From: the human T2T-CHM13v2.0 reference genome, Homo sapiens
Direction: 5' to 3' (one strand)
Assembly (NCBI RefSeq): GCF_009914755.1
Contig: NC_060927.1
DNA: 64,000 nt
Both the position numbers and the translations under genes were made by a program. How positions within the stretch are numbered: position 1 is the stretch's first letter; the number at the start of each line of letters is the position of its first letter. Below, in pieces: positions 51,200-64,000 of this stretch. The notes under the pieces are model-generated. The model was not told the DNA's origin. It was given only the letters and a program-made list of their open reading frames with translations, and did not search any database.

Positions 51200-52155
51200 G
51201 ACTTACAGGATCTGATGATCAGACAGGAACTTCAAGCTCTTCTCCTTTCCAGCCTCATCTCCCACCACCATTTTGTTCCACCTACTCAGGATTTTAGCCA
51301 CCTCAAACTCCTCACCATTTCTCAAGTACCCTGACCCTTTTGTGACCCCCATACCTTTGCACATGCTGTCTTCTCTTCAGGTAATGCCTTTCACCACCTG
51401 GAGAGCTTCTATTCATCCTTCAAAATCCTGCTTAAAAGATCCTTCTTCTATAAGAGTTTCTCCAGCTCTCCCTGGTAAAGTTGAAACTTCATTGTAAGTT
51501 TCCACAGTGCCTGGTTCTACCACTGTCCCAGTACTTACTACACTGTGTCATAATTTATTAACCTATTTTTATAACGGTCTGATAGTTTGGTTGTGTCCCC
51601 GCCCAAATCTCATGTCAAATTGTAATCCCCAGTGTTGGAGGTGGGGGCTGGTGGGAGGTGATTGGATCAGGGGGATGGATCCTTCATGAATGGTTTAGCA
51701 CCATCACTTTGGTGCTGTTCTCATGATGGTGAGTGAGTTCTCAGGAGATCTGGTTGTTTAAAAGTGTGTGGCACTTCCCCCCCGCTCTTCTTCCTACTCC
51801 TGCCATGTAAGATGTGCCTGCTTCCCCTTCACCTTCTGCCATGATTGTAAGTATCCTGAGGTCTCCCCAGAACCCAAGTAGATGTCAGCATCATGCTTCC
51901 CGTACAGCCTGTGGAACTGTGAGCCAATTAAACCTCTTTTCTTTATAAAGTACCCAGTCTCAGGTGTTTCTTTATAGCAGTGAAAGAAGAGATTAACACT
52001 GTCTTTTCATAGAACTATGTGTCTGAGATGGGGATGCAAAAATTGGTGAAATATAGTTCCCATTCTTATCTTTGATAAGACTTAAGTTTCATAAAACTAT
52101 GAAACTATTTTTGTGTCCCCATCTCAGACACATACTAGGAACTCAATTAATAGAA
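51200..52155 (+). mobile_element. L2 3' region, interrupted by an MST LTR and a fold-back
   Basis: tccagcctcatctcc..cctttgcacatgctgt..attcatccttcaa; resumes after the LTR with tttgtgtcccca..cacatactaggaactcaat. Confidence 0.75.
51580..51998 (+). mobile_element. MSTA-like solo LTR
   Basis: tgatagtttgg..cccaaatctcatg..gagccaattaaacctcttttc..cccagtctcagg; TSD cggtc / ctgtc. Confidence 0.95.
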
Positions 52156-52443
52156 TATATGCCAGATTCCCTGCAGTATTCCTGCAATCGGCCACCTGTT
52201 CACTTCACTTCCTTCTAAGTCATCCATTGGGTGGCTCTGCATGGATACAATTATCCCATCTCTGGATTTTTCATCTTCCTGCATTACGTCTCAATCAGGG
52301 TTTGGGGAAAGACTGGATCTGCTTCAGTATGCACCCCAAAACATAATATCTATGTGTTCTTGTATGCAAAGTCCATCACAAGAACACCTATAATCATTCA
52401 TTCGTTCAACAAAAATTGTGACCATTGGCACCTAGAACACCCA

Positions 52444-52558
52444 TTGCCCCCAGGGGACATTTGGCTATGTCTGGAGACATTTTTGATTGTCACAACTGGG
52501 AGCGGGGATGCTACTGGCATCTAGTGAGTACAGGTCAGGAATGCTGCTAAACATCCTA
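52444..52558 (+). repeat. 115-bp local duplicate of a MER20 internal segment (source 53166-53280)
   Basis: Manual alignment: 112/115 identical to 53166-53280; lacks both MER20 ends. Confidence 0.92.
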
Positions 52559-53140
52559 CACTGTGTTCTAGGTGCCAAAAAACACTAATGAACAAGAGAA
52601 ATCAAAGCTCTTATTGAGTTTCAGTCCTGGTGAAGAGAAGAAACAAAGAAAGCGTGAAAAATATCATATAGCTTTTAGTGCTCTGCTAAGAATTCAGGTC
52701 AGCTGATCCAATAGAGAGTTGCTGTTTGGTTACTTAAGATGGGTTAGTCTGCAGGTGGCATGCAACCTCAAAGCAGAATACCAAGAAGGAGCCAATCAAG
52801 TGGCAATCCAGGGCAAGAGCATTCCAGAAAGATGGAAAATCTAAGTGCAAAGGCCCAAAGCAAGTACAAGCTTGGAGAAGTCCAGAAACCAGTACAGGCC
52901 AGCATGACTGGATAGAATGACAAGGGGAGAGTGACCAGGGGAGGGAAAGAGGTGAGCACAGCGTGGCTTTCTAAGTGCAGTTGAGGGGCTTGGATTCTAG
53001 TCTCATGCAATGAGATGCTACTGAAGGGTTTTAAACAGGGAAGTGACATGGCCAGATTTAAATGGTGTACAGATTACTGCTGGCTGCTGTGGGGAGAGTA
53101 GACTATGGGACAAGAAAAGAAGCAGGGAGACCGCTTAGAA

Positions 53141-53351
53141 CTGTGGTTCTCAACTAGGAGTGATTTTGTCCCCAGGGGACATTTGGCTATGTCTGGAGAC
53201 ATTTTTGATTGTCACAACTGGGAGCAGGGATGCTACTGGCATCTAGTGGGTACAGGTCAGGAATGCTGCTAAACATCCTATGTTATACAGAACAGCACCT
53301 TCAACCACAAATGATCCAGCCCAAAATGCCAACTGTGGGTGAGAAGCTCTG
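53141..53351 (+). mobile_element. MER20 hAT-Charlie MITE (full length)
   Basis: gtggttctcaac..ccccaggggacatttgg..gctactggcatctagtggg..gcccaaaatgccaa..tgagaagctctg. Confidence 0.93.
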
Positions 53352-54203
53352 AGTCAGGAGACCCTGAGAAACTTTGGGTTGCACTGGTCCCAGCAAGAGG
53401 TAATGGCAGGCTAGGCCAGGATGGAGGAGATGGAGAAGGAAGGAAATTCACTGTAGTTAATACTTTGAAATATTGAATGCTTTTCTCCAAATTTTCTTGA
53501 CCCCCTTGGTCCCTCCTCAGTCAGGGAGGGCATTCTGTGTTCATTGCCTCAGGGATAATGCAGAAAAAGAGTCAATTCTTGGCATTTTTTCAAAAGTCCT
53601 TAGGGAGGAGAGAAAGAACGTGAGATTTATGGAAAACAGCTTTGACAGAATGTCTGATGACAAAGCCAGGATACCACCCTTGTTCCCCGCCCCACCACAC
53701 GAGCATATGGGTAAAGATTTCCTAGACCAAAGTGGAGAGTAAATCAGTAAAGCAAAGTATATGTAGGTACAGGGATCTATAAGAAAAAAATCTGCACCCT
53801 GCCCAACTCATCCCGAACAAGCCCGGGGAGGGAGATGATGAGGCAACCACCAAACAGATTCACAGAATCTAAGAGTGGAGAGAAGCCGGATCCCTTCCCC
53901 AGGCAGAGCCCTAGGGAGGCACCAGGGGAGAAGCAAGTGTTGAGTGTGGCCAAGACAGGCCTGAGGCAAATATCCAGGGTCCCTCATGGCCCAGTGTGGT
54001 GTGTGAGCAGCAGAATCGCCTCTGGTGCCAGCAAATTGCATGGAAGGAACCAAGGAGAGGGGGACACATGAGGAACAAAGAAGGATTGCTGACACAGACC
54101 AACCACCAAAGACTCAATAAGAAAGAGGATGTCCCAGTAGCTGCCAAAGTAGATTGATGATAAACCACAACAGATGTCCTCACAAGGGCCTTGGTGCTGC
54201 CTA

Positions 54204-54614
<411 letters not shown>

Positions 54615-55109
54615 TCACCAAGAAAGAAAGAAAAATATATTTCTTGTGCACCTGGGTTTGTAGCTGAGATTTGTTCACTCTGAGGCACAAGGGAACATGG
54701 GCTTCTCTGTGTTCATCTGTGCCATTATCACCTAGCACTGGCTATGCAATCCCAGGGGGAAGAGCCAGGTCCATTCAAGGAACCTGGAACACTCTGCTGC
54801 AGCAGTGTGCACCCCATTACCATCACGCACAGATGGGCACACGCAATGCATATTGATTAGGGCTGCACTGTTTCCAAATTACCATTTAAATCAATGGTTG
54901 AGCACTCTGTAATTGGAAATGTCAAAATCCACATTTCCTAGGTGAACTCAAAGCACTACATTGATATCACTCAGCTCAACTAGATGTGCATTTGTTTTAC
55001 TTCTTTCCCTCTTCAAACTGCTCTCTGAGACAAGTATAAAACATTAGGGAACTGAGCCAGAGGCAAAAAGAAAAAGCACCCAGATGATCCATGAATTGTG
55101 CAGCCTGAC

Positions 55110-55378
55110 ATATTCTAAAATGTAACTCAGAAAACAGAGTCTTGTGACCCAGTCCATGAAAAATATCTACACAATCAAGTAAGTTTGAGGAAACTCCATG
55201 GGCCCTACTGAGCGATTCACACTTAACACAAGCAAGATTCCCAGAAGTCCTGGGGGAAGCAGGCCTATTTCACACTGTTTATTCTAGAACTTCCAAAATC
55301 TATTAGAGCACACAACTACTTTTTTTTCACCCAACACCTCTTTACAACCAATTTAAAGGAATACTCTTAGGGAACATT
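55110..55378 (+). mobile_element. MER103C-like MITE
   Basis: tcaagtaagtttg..gattcaca..cagaagtcctg..aacacct. Confidence 0.55.
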
Positions 55379-56269
55379 ATCCCAAACATAAACTAGCATA
55401 ATGATTCAACAAACTGAGGGAATAGAGTTAAAGTGCCATTATTTGCCAGCCAAGATGTTTTATGAACACCAACAAGCCATCAGGAATGAATATTTTCCAA
55501 GTGAAATCAAGCCCAAGACAGCTTCCTGGGCCCTGTATTAAGCCAGAAGTTCTCAAGCTCAGCACCTTTAAAAAGTCAACCCCGTCCCTTCCTAATAGCT
55601 GTGAAGGAAAGGACTCAATTTCAGGAGGCAGCCCAAACTCACCCCCTCCTGACCTCACCAATCCTTACCCGGCTAGACACCCTTGCCTCATCTTTCTTTC
55701 CAAGGTACTACTCAGCTCTGCCTCCCCAGGCAACCATCACACACCAGAACAATTCAACTCAGTAATATGTATTGATCACCAACTAGATGGTGGGCACTAC
55801 GCTACAGCAATGAACCAAGCAGATAAACCTTCCACCGTCATGGAGAGACAGTCTAAAAGTAATCTGAAAGCCACAGCCCCTCTCCAATCATCAATTTCCA
55901 CATCTGAAAAACAAATAGAGTTGGACTAGAAGACACCTAAAATTTCTGGTTCCGTATTTCCAGGTTGGTGGTGGACTGGGCTGGCTGGTGAGAGGTAGCT
56001 CTGGCAGCCTGCATCACAGCCGTGCGGGCAGTTTTGCAGTGGACACTTTCCCAAAGGTGACTTCCTGGGGTGGGATTGAAGGGATCTGACACACCGCGGT
56101 GGCATCAAGTGCAAACTAGGAGAGGCTGGATTAGCAGGAGTGTGGAAGTGTCAGGAAGGGAAGGAAGTCAAAGGTTAAGACCCACCCCACACTTCCCCCA
56201 CTGAAGGAACCCCTTGTTGCCTTGGCATGCATGTTGCTTTCGTGCACCCCGGAAAGTGAGGAAGATGCT

Positions 56270-56410
56270 GAATTAAACCTAGCTCTGCCACTGTTCACTG
56301 TGCAATCCAGTGCAATTTGTTTTATTTCTCTGAACTTCAGACTTTAATCTATAAAATGAAAATAATAATGACTACCTCACAGAGTTACAGGGATCACAAA
56401 ATTAGATACT
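56270..56410 (+). mobile_element. MIR fragment
   Basis: agctctgccact..ctctgaacttcag..atctataaaatgaaaataataatgactacctcacagagtt. Confidence 0.8.
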
Positions 56411-56820
56411 CCATATATGACTGAGACATAGAAGCTAAAAAAAAAATGAATTACCTCCCACTGCTAAATAAAGCTATACAGCCTGAAGCATGGCTTACAA
56501 AGTCACTGAATGAATGAATAATAGGAGTTTCTGGAAAGGAAATGTCATCTCCAACATATAAACTCTAGTAGTAAAAACTCCAGAAATGGCTAATATGAAC
56601 TCTCAGATCCATTAATTTCCCCAGACTGGGAGGGGCCTGGAAGGAAGTGCTCCCTAGACCACACCCCACTGAGACGGCTGTCAACATAACAGCCTTCACC
56701 AAATCTCCACTAAGAAACATCTCATCTACCAAGGAAATGCAAGGAAATCGAGCAAACCATTAAGAATATTTCCTCTCCCAGTGAAACCTCTACTTTCAAT
56801 AGAATAGGAAGCGTGGATGT

Positions 56821-57867
<1,047 letters not shown>

Positions 57868-57889
57868 CTATGAGTTATAAGATTAAAAC

Positions 57890-58182
57890 TTTTTCTTTTT
57901 TTGAGACAGCCTCATTCTGTCACCCAAGCCGGAGTACAGTGGTATGATCATGGCTGACTGCAGCCTTGAACTCCTGGGCTCAAGCAATCCTCCCACCTCA
58001 ACTTCCTGAGTAGCTGGGATTACAGGCATGTATCACCACACCTGGCTAATTTTTGTATTTTTTGTAGAGACAGGATTTTGCCATGTTGCCCAGGCTAGTC
58101 TCAAACTCCTGGGCTCAAGTGATCCACCCATCTTGGCCTCCCAAAGTGCTGGGACTACAGACATGAACCACTGAGCCCAGCC
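57890..58182 (-). mobile_element. AluJ SINE
   Basis: Reverse dimer with ctcctgggctcaag in both arms. Confidence 0.95.
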
Positions 58183-58224
58183 TAAACTTATTTTAGTAAC
58201 TTATCAGCCACTCCTTCAACCAAT

Positions 58225-58530
58225 CACATGCCAAGCACTTTGGAGAAACAAAGATGACCATAAGCCTCTCTGCCCTCAAGAGTTCGTGGCCAAAGACCTA
58301 AACATAAAATTTCAATTAAGGATTATAAGGTTTGGAACAGAGGGGGAGATATGAGGGGACCACTAATTCTGCCTAGAAGAGTTTGGAAGGCATCGTGGAA
58401 GAAGGCATCATTTGAGTAGACATTGAAGGGCGATCAGAAGTATTTGAGGCAAATAGGAGTGGGAGGCAGGGGGTAAGGAGAGTAAAGGCACAAATGGGAA
58501 AGACCTGGAGGAGGGGAAGGGTATGGAGGA
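58225..58530 (-). mobile_element. L2 fragment
   Basis: caaagatga..tctgccctcaagagttc..ctaattctgcct..gaagaaggcatcatttgag. Confidence 0.6.
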
Positions 58531-58534
58531 TTTA

Positions 58535-58954
<420 letters not shown>

Positions 58955-58989
58955 TCACCAAGGCTTCGTGCGGACTTCAACTTGTAGAC

Positions 58990-59285
58990 CAGATTTTGCA
59001 AACTGGTGGCCCAACAGGCTAAAACTGTTCTACCGACATGTTTGTTCAGGAAGCATAGTGTTTTTAAATTTTTAAGCCACCATTTAAAAATCAAGAGATT
59101 TTGCTTAAAAATCCAGATTCCCTTGAAACACTGAAGGAACTGACCTTTCTGGGCTCACATTCCTGCCTAGGAAGAGCAGGCTGGAGCAGCATCTGCCTTC
59201 TCTAGAGGAACTCCCCACTTGGCCACAGCCCCCACTACTCCCCTCTGTTTGCCCAGCCCAGCCTGCTTTCTTCATTTTATCCTGT
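58990..59285. mobile_element. MER102-like element (opposite orientation to the copy at 40923)
   Basis: tgcaaactggtggccc..catgtttgtt..ttaaaaatccagatt..ctgggctcacattcc..ggccacagccccc. Confidence 0.7.
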
Positions 59286-59739
59286 TGAAACCAGCGAGCA
59301 TTCCTAAGGTGATCTTCTAATCACTGCATGATATACGCTCTAAGATTCAGTTCGTTCTGGCTCTCGAAGTTTTTGTGTTTGGGATTTTTTTATTTCTTTC
59401 TCTCATTTTTATCACCATATTCCAAGAAAACTCTTAGAAAGCAAAGAATGTATCATATACTTTGTGTCTCTCACAACACTCAGCACAAGACTAGGTACAA
59501 TGTAGATAATCAACTTTTGTTGAATTAATGCAGAAATGAATGAATAAATACATGCCCCTCTGTGGTCATCCTCCATACCTGCCCTTCTTCCTCAAACCTC
59601 TAGACTTTTGCTACTAAGAAGATGGATGAATATGTAACAAAAAAAAAAAAGCACCAAAGTCAATCATTGCATTTCTATTTCAATTTTCTATCAGGTTGCA
59701 ATGGAAATAGGAACTCTGAATAGATGCAGAACTAACCAT

Positions 59740-60300
59740 CATGTCTGGCAGCAAGATGAATTAGAGCCCCAGGATACTGAGAAAGCCTGCAGATAAGATC
59801 ACCAAATATCATCAGTGATCTTTGAGGGAATTGTAGAGAATAGGATAGGTGCCAAAAAGCTGGAGCCTGGCAAATGTTCTGATTTTCAAAAGGGGAAAAA
59901 TGTTATGGTTTGCCAGTTCCAGACTAGATAATATGATATCACTCCCGGCAAGGATCTTAAACAGATTTGTTAAGGACACTTATGAGCACCTAGGACAGGA
60001 AGTAATGTCCATTTGGCACCAGCATGGGGTCACCAAGAACAAGTCATGTTAAATGCATTTCATTTTCTTCTCTCTGACAAGGCTCCTAGGCTAGTGTATT
60101 GGAGAAACACAGCAGACTTAATATACATGGTGCACTGAGGGGGTGAGCAGCACCAAAGGCTAATTCAATCCTTGGGCTATGTTAATAGTAGTATTGCAGA
60201 CAGCAGAAAGGAGGTGATAGTTGTTTTCTGTCTTTGGCCACATCTAGAGAATCACATTTAGAACTCAGTGCCACTCTTGAAATAGGATACTGATAATATA
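59740..60300 (+). mobile_element. L3/CR1 LINE ORF2 (reverse transcriptase) fossil
   Basis: ORF 59849-60052 (W..ANV.IFKRGK...SLPARIL...EHL...QHG.TKNKSC) matches CR1 RT N-terminal motifs; 60150-60300 encodes degenerate C-terminal motifs (KAN.ILG..N, EVIV, PHLE). Confidence 0.85.
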
Positions 60301-60329
60301 ATCTTTTGGAGGTCCTTTTGGCAAAATCT

Positions 60330-60611
60330 CTTTAAAAACATAAAGCTCTCATCCAGATTTCTGGCATCTGTTGAAAAATTGAAAAATCGTCTGGGCCTAC
60401 ATTCCTAAACAGCAATAATTGGTTGAACCTAAGTAGTGACTGCCCATTTAGACAGAACATGTACTCTGAAGTCCGTCACAATCACCACCACCACCCTTCT
60501 ACTGCCTGCACTGAGGTGGTAGGCCAGCTGCCACAAATTGTTTCACGTGGCCAACTTTATCCATTTATTCTATCTGCCAAGCACCCAATGACACTGAGGT
60601 TTGCAACCCAG
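60330..60611. mobile_element. MER102-like element inserted in L3
   Basis: tccagatttctggc..ctgggcctacattcc..tgactgccc..tttgcaaccc. Confidence 0.65.
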
Positions 60612-60840
60612 GATGCAGTAGAGACAGAGGAGAGTGGAGATGGTAAGTGGTAGCGAACCATCCTATTATATGAGGATAATCATTGTCAGGGGTTATATTC
60701 CCAGGCTCCACACACCCAGTGGGCAGTCCAAGGGAAGACACATCTGTCTTATTTTGTGAAGTCCAAAGGGAAAGGAACTATAGAACCAATAAGTAGATGA
60801 GAGACATATTCAATGCAACATAAGAAAAAATGCTTACAAG

Positions 60841-61131
<291 letters not shown>

Positions 61132-61149
61132 AAGAAAAAATGCTTACAA

Positions 61150-61300
61150 GAGCCAGAGCTGTCCAAAGATGATAGACTACGTGGGCTTGGGAGGTAGTGA
61201 GTTCCCCATCACTAGAAATGTGCAAGCATATGGTTTACTACTGCTTCATAATCAAAAGGCTTCAAGTATCTGATGAGGCAAGAGAAGGCATGAATCCTTC
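61150..61300 (+). mobile_element. L3/CR1 3' end
   Basis: cagagctgtccaaagatg..gggaggtagtgagttccccatcactagaaatgtgcaagca. Confidence 0.8.
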
Positions 61301-61729
61301 TATTTTACAATAGAAAAAATACTGTTCTAAAACATTCCTTTGTGTTAGGTCTATAAATTCTTGAAAAAGACATAAAAGGGAACAAGTCAACAAAGAACTC
61401 AGCACTGTTTTTAAAAATCAAAAGTTCCCTTCACAAAATTCACAAAGCACAAAATCTGTCTGACTAGGTGGACTTTTTGCATCCCACTGGCCAGATGATT
61501 CCCAGGGAGAAAGGTAATTGGCCTCGGGCACTGTTTTTGGTGACTGGTCAAATGTTCTTCAGAGGCATGCAACAAAGGCAACGGGATGAAAGTAAGAGGG
61601 TAAACAATGGAACTCCATCAAGAGGCTGCCAGTCCCCCCACAAAACTGCCATCTGCTGCTGACATCAATCCTTCAAGGGGCAGCTTCGGGCAAACAATGT
61701 GTCAGGGAACACAAGCCTGGGAGAAAATC

Positions 61730-61900
61730 GGCCTTGTGACCTTGGGCAAGTCATTTAACATTAACTGGGCCTCAGTTTCCTTGTCTCTGAAACTGAGTTC
61801 ACACTAACCCTACTGTACATTGTGTGGGCCAAGAGTAAGTGATGTCTGGGAGTTAGCCATAGAAAATGCAGGGCCCTAGACACACATCAATAATTATGAT
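61730..61900 (+). mobile_element. MIR fragment
   Basis: tgtgaccttgggcaagtcatttaac..ctgggcctcagtttcct. Confidence 0.85.
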
Positions 61901-64000
61901 GGTGATTAACACACAGAATTTTAAAAGAAAAGATTCCAGAGGGTTTCAGGGACAGCCATATCCTGACCTGACCTTGTGGGTGTCAATTCTAAAGGAATAA
62001 GATGTAACTCCTTTAGCCAGAATGCAAGGAAATTTAGTATTTGGAAGAGACAAGATCATCTGGACACATTTCCTGATGAATGCCTGGTAATTGGTGTATT
62101 TCTGATAAAACTCAGGGTACTCGCTGCTTAGTTGTTAAAATAAAAGATGAAAGGTAAAAAGCAAAAGGATCAGCCAAGGGCAATTAATGCCTAACTGGCC
62201 CTGAAGAAAAGTTCACTGGCCCAGTAGTAGCAATCCTTCCAAAATGAGATAAGCACATTTCCTACCAAGAAAATATCATAAAACCTGAACTGTCCAAAAC
62301 TCAACATCCCCTTCTCTCTCAAGGCATTTTCATGGCAACCTTAATTTTTATAAAATAATAATAATTGGCCAAATTCATTTTATAAAACATAAACTCCCTA
62401 AAAAGAGTCTATTCAAAGATTGAAACTAGGCTTTTGTATTGAGCAGTTGGGTGAATTAAAATCTCTGACCAATAAAGCGCTTATTTCTAAATTTTCAGCA
62501 AGGCTGAGACATCGTAAGTCACTGTTTTCCACATTGAACTGAAAAACCAAAGACAGGAGACCAGGGAAGAGCAGGGTTTTCTGCTCCTCTTGCCCTAGGA
62601 TCTGCCCAGAGGTGATGAGCACGCTGGGCTTTTGACCAGGACTAAAAGGCAAAAAGACTGTTGGTGAGACTGGAAAAAAAACAGATCCCTCCCCCCGTGG
62701 CTGCTCCACTCCCAAAGTTTCCCAAGCATCTGAAGCGTGTATGGCAGCTGCGGTGCCCAGCCTTCCCGCTGCTTTTAAGGAGGCCACCCAGCTCCCTGGG
62801 TCATTGGGTCTTCAGTTGCAGCAGCGCCCAGAAGCAGGTGTGGCAACCTCAGGTTGCTTGAGCCCCAAATACCCAACTTGCTCAACAGCCTGTGCATAAC
62901 CTCAAAGATAGGCCTCAAGGTCCGCTGAAGATGCATTTTGTCTTTACTCTTTCTAGGAGAGGCCACAACACACCCTGTGTCGCAGCAAGGAGAACCATGA
63001 CCAGAAAGAAAGCGGACGCCAAGAGGCACGAGCCCAGGCTTCCCACAGGGCACATCCTCAGAGAAAGGAGGAGCCTGCTGGATGGAGCTTTTAGATTTTC
63101 CTTGCCAAAGCTGAGCCTAGAACGTGTAGGGGTGGGAGAAGCCCCAGTCTGGCCTGAATGAGGATGCGGCAAGCCCGCATTTAGCCATGCAATTGTGTTC
63201 CCTTTCCTATTTCGCCTGGCTAGCGTGGATTTAGGGAGCGGCTTCTGAAAGAAGTATACACCCGGTGGCACAGAAGGTGCAACCAGCAGCCAGAGGTCAT
63301 CTCGCCCTCCCGGCAGGCTTCTCCTGGAACCCCGGAAGCCAGGCAGCGCTGACCAGCCCAAACGGCATGCCGAGGTGTTGGCTTTGAATGAAAGCTGATG
63401 AACCTAAACGCCAGGGCACAGAGTGATTGGGCTGCACACTGCGAGATAATACATTTTCTGCACCAAGCTCCCTTTTTATGCCCAAATGCCTGCATTAGTC
63501 TGGATCAATATGCCCCATAACAGTTAATCCATGGCAACCCAGGCCAGCCCAGAGACACCGACAAAGAAGTGCCGCCCAGGGATGCTGCCTCGCTGTGCAC
63601 ATGCATGTGAATTCCGGCCCAGAGAAAGAGGCGGAGGCAAAACCACCACCACCAACAGAAACCAAAAAGGGGGAGGAAAAAAAGAGCAGATGGTAAAAAA
63701 ATACCCCAATATTAAAGGGCTTTTACCATGGCAGGGAAGGGGTGGAGGTAGTGACTATCAAAATGGCCTTAGAGTGACATGTCACCGCCAAGATGATGGG
63801 GTATCAGCGACACTCCTAAAGTCAGGCATAGGATCCTCCTCACACACCTGCAATGCAGAGACTGCTGCCCATTCCATAATCCACACTCCCAGCCCCAGCG
63901 CTATCTGCAGTTGAAACCAGTCCGGACTTGTGCGGCTGCCACTGTTACTCCTCACAAAAAGATTATTGATGCATAACATTTCATAATGGCAGAGAGGAAA

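Larger units (their letters stand above)
52395..53480 (-). mobile_element. L2 (interrupted by MER20 and by a MER20 copy)
   Basis: cattcattcgttcaacaaa tail; gagcattccag..aagtgcaaaggccc..ctactgaagggttttaaacagggaagtgacatg..ggctgctgtg. Confidence 0.85.

Noticed and set aside
52016-52134. Novel MITE with 28-bp terminal inverted repeats and TA flanks
   Set aside because: The right arm is native L2 tail and the termini match no TcMar or hAT ends I recognise; a template switch is more parsimonious (kept as a finding under that reading)
62915-63979. ORFs of 65-148 aa in the terminal unique block
   Set aside because: No recognisable protein and no paired splice sites; not dense enough for a CpG-island promoter call

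Overview
Human (primate) non-coding genomic DNA. The window carries about 20 Alu elements or fragments, including an AluYb-lineage copy with the human-specific 7-bp duplication. It also has many ancient MIR, L2, L3/CR1 and L1M fragments, about 8 solo LTRs (MST, MER77, LTR16, MLT2, LTR33, MLT1) and hAT MITEs (MER5A, MER20, MER33, MER45A, MER58A, MER63, MER81, MER102, MER103C). I can support no protein-coding exon, RNA gene or CpG-island promoter; the ORF track is explained by chance ORFs, Alu-derived ORFs and one fossil CR1/L3 reverse-transcriptase fragment. LTR and L1 orientation bias suggests an intron of a large minus-strand gene, which I cannot name. I found no convincing new biological system. 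The most unusual signals are: two adjacent template-switch scars at 52.0-52.6 kb (a 28-bp fold-back hairpin, and a 115-bp near-identical copy of a MER20 located 722 bp away bracketed by a 16-bp inverted repeat); an old L1MB copy with strong AT-to-GC/CpG gain; a young AluYb; and a tightly spaced inverted Alu pair. Repeat family names come from my recall of consensus sequences. Boundaries are approximate unless a target-site duplication (TSD) is cited.
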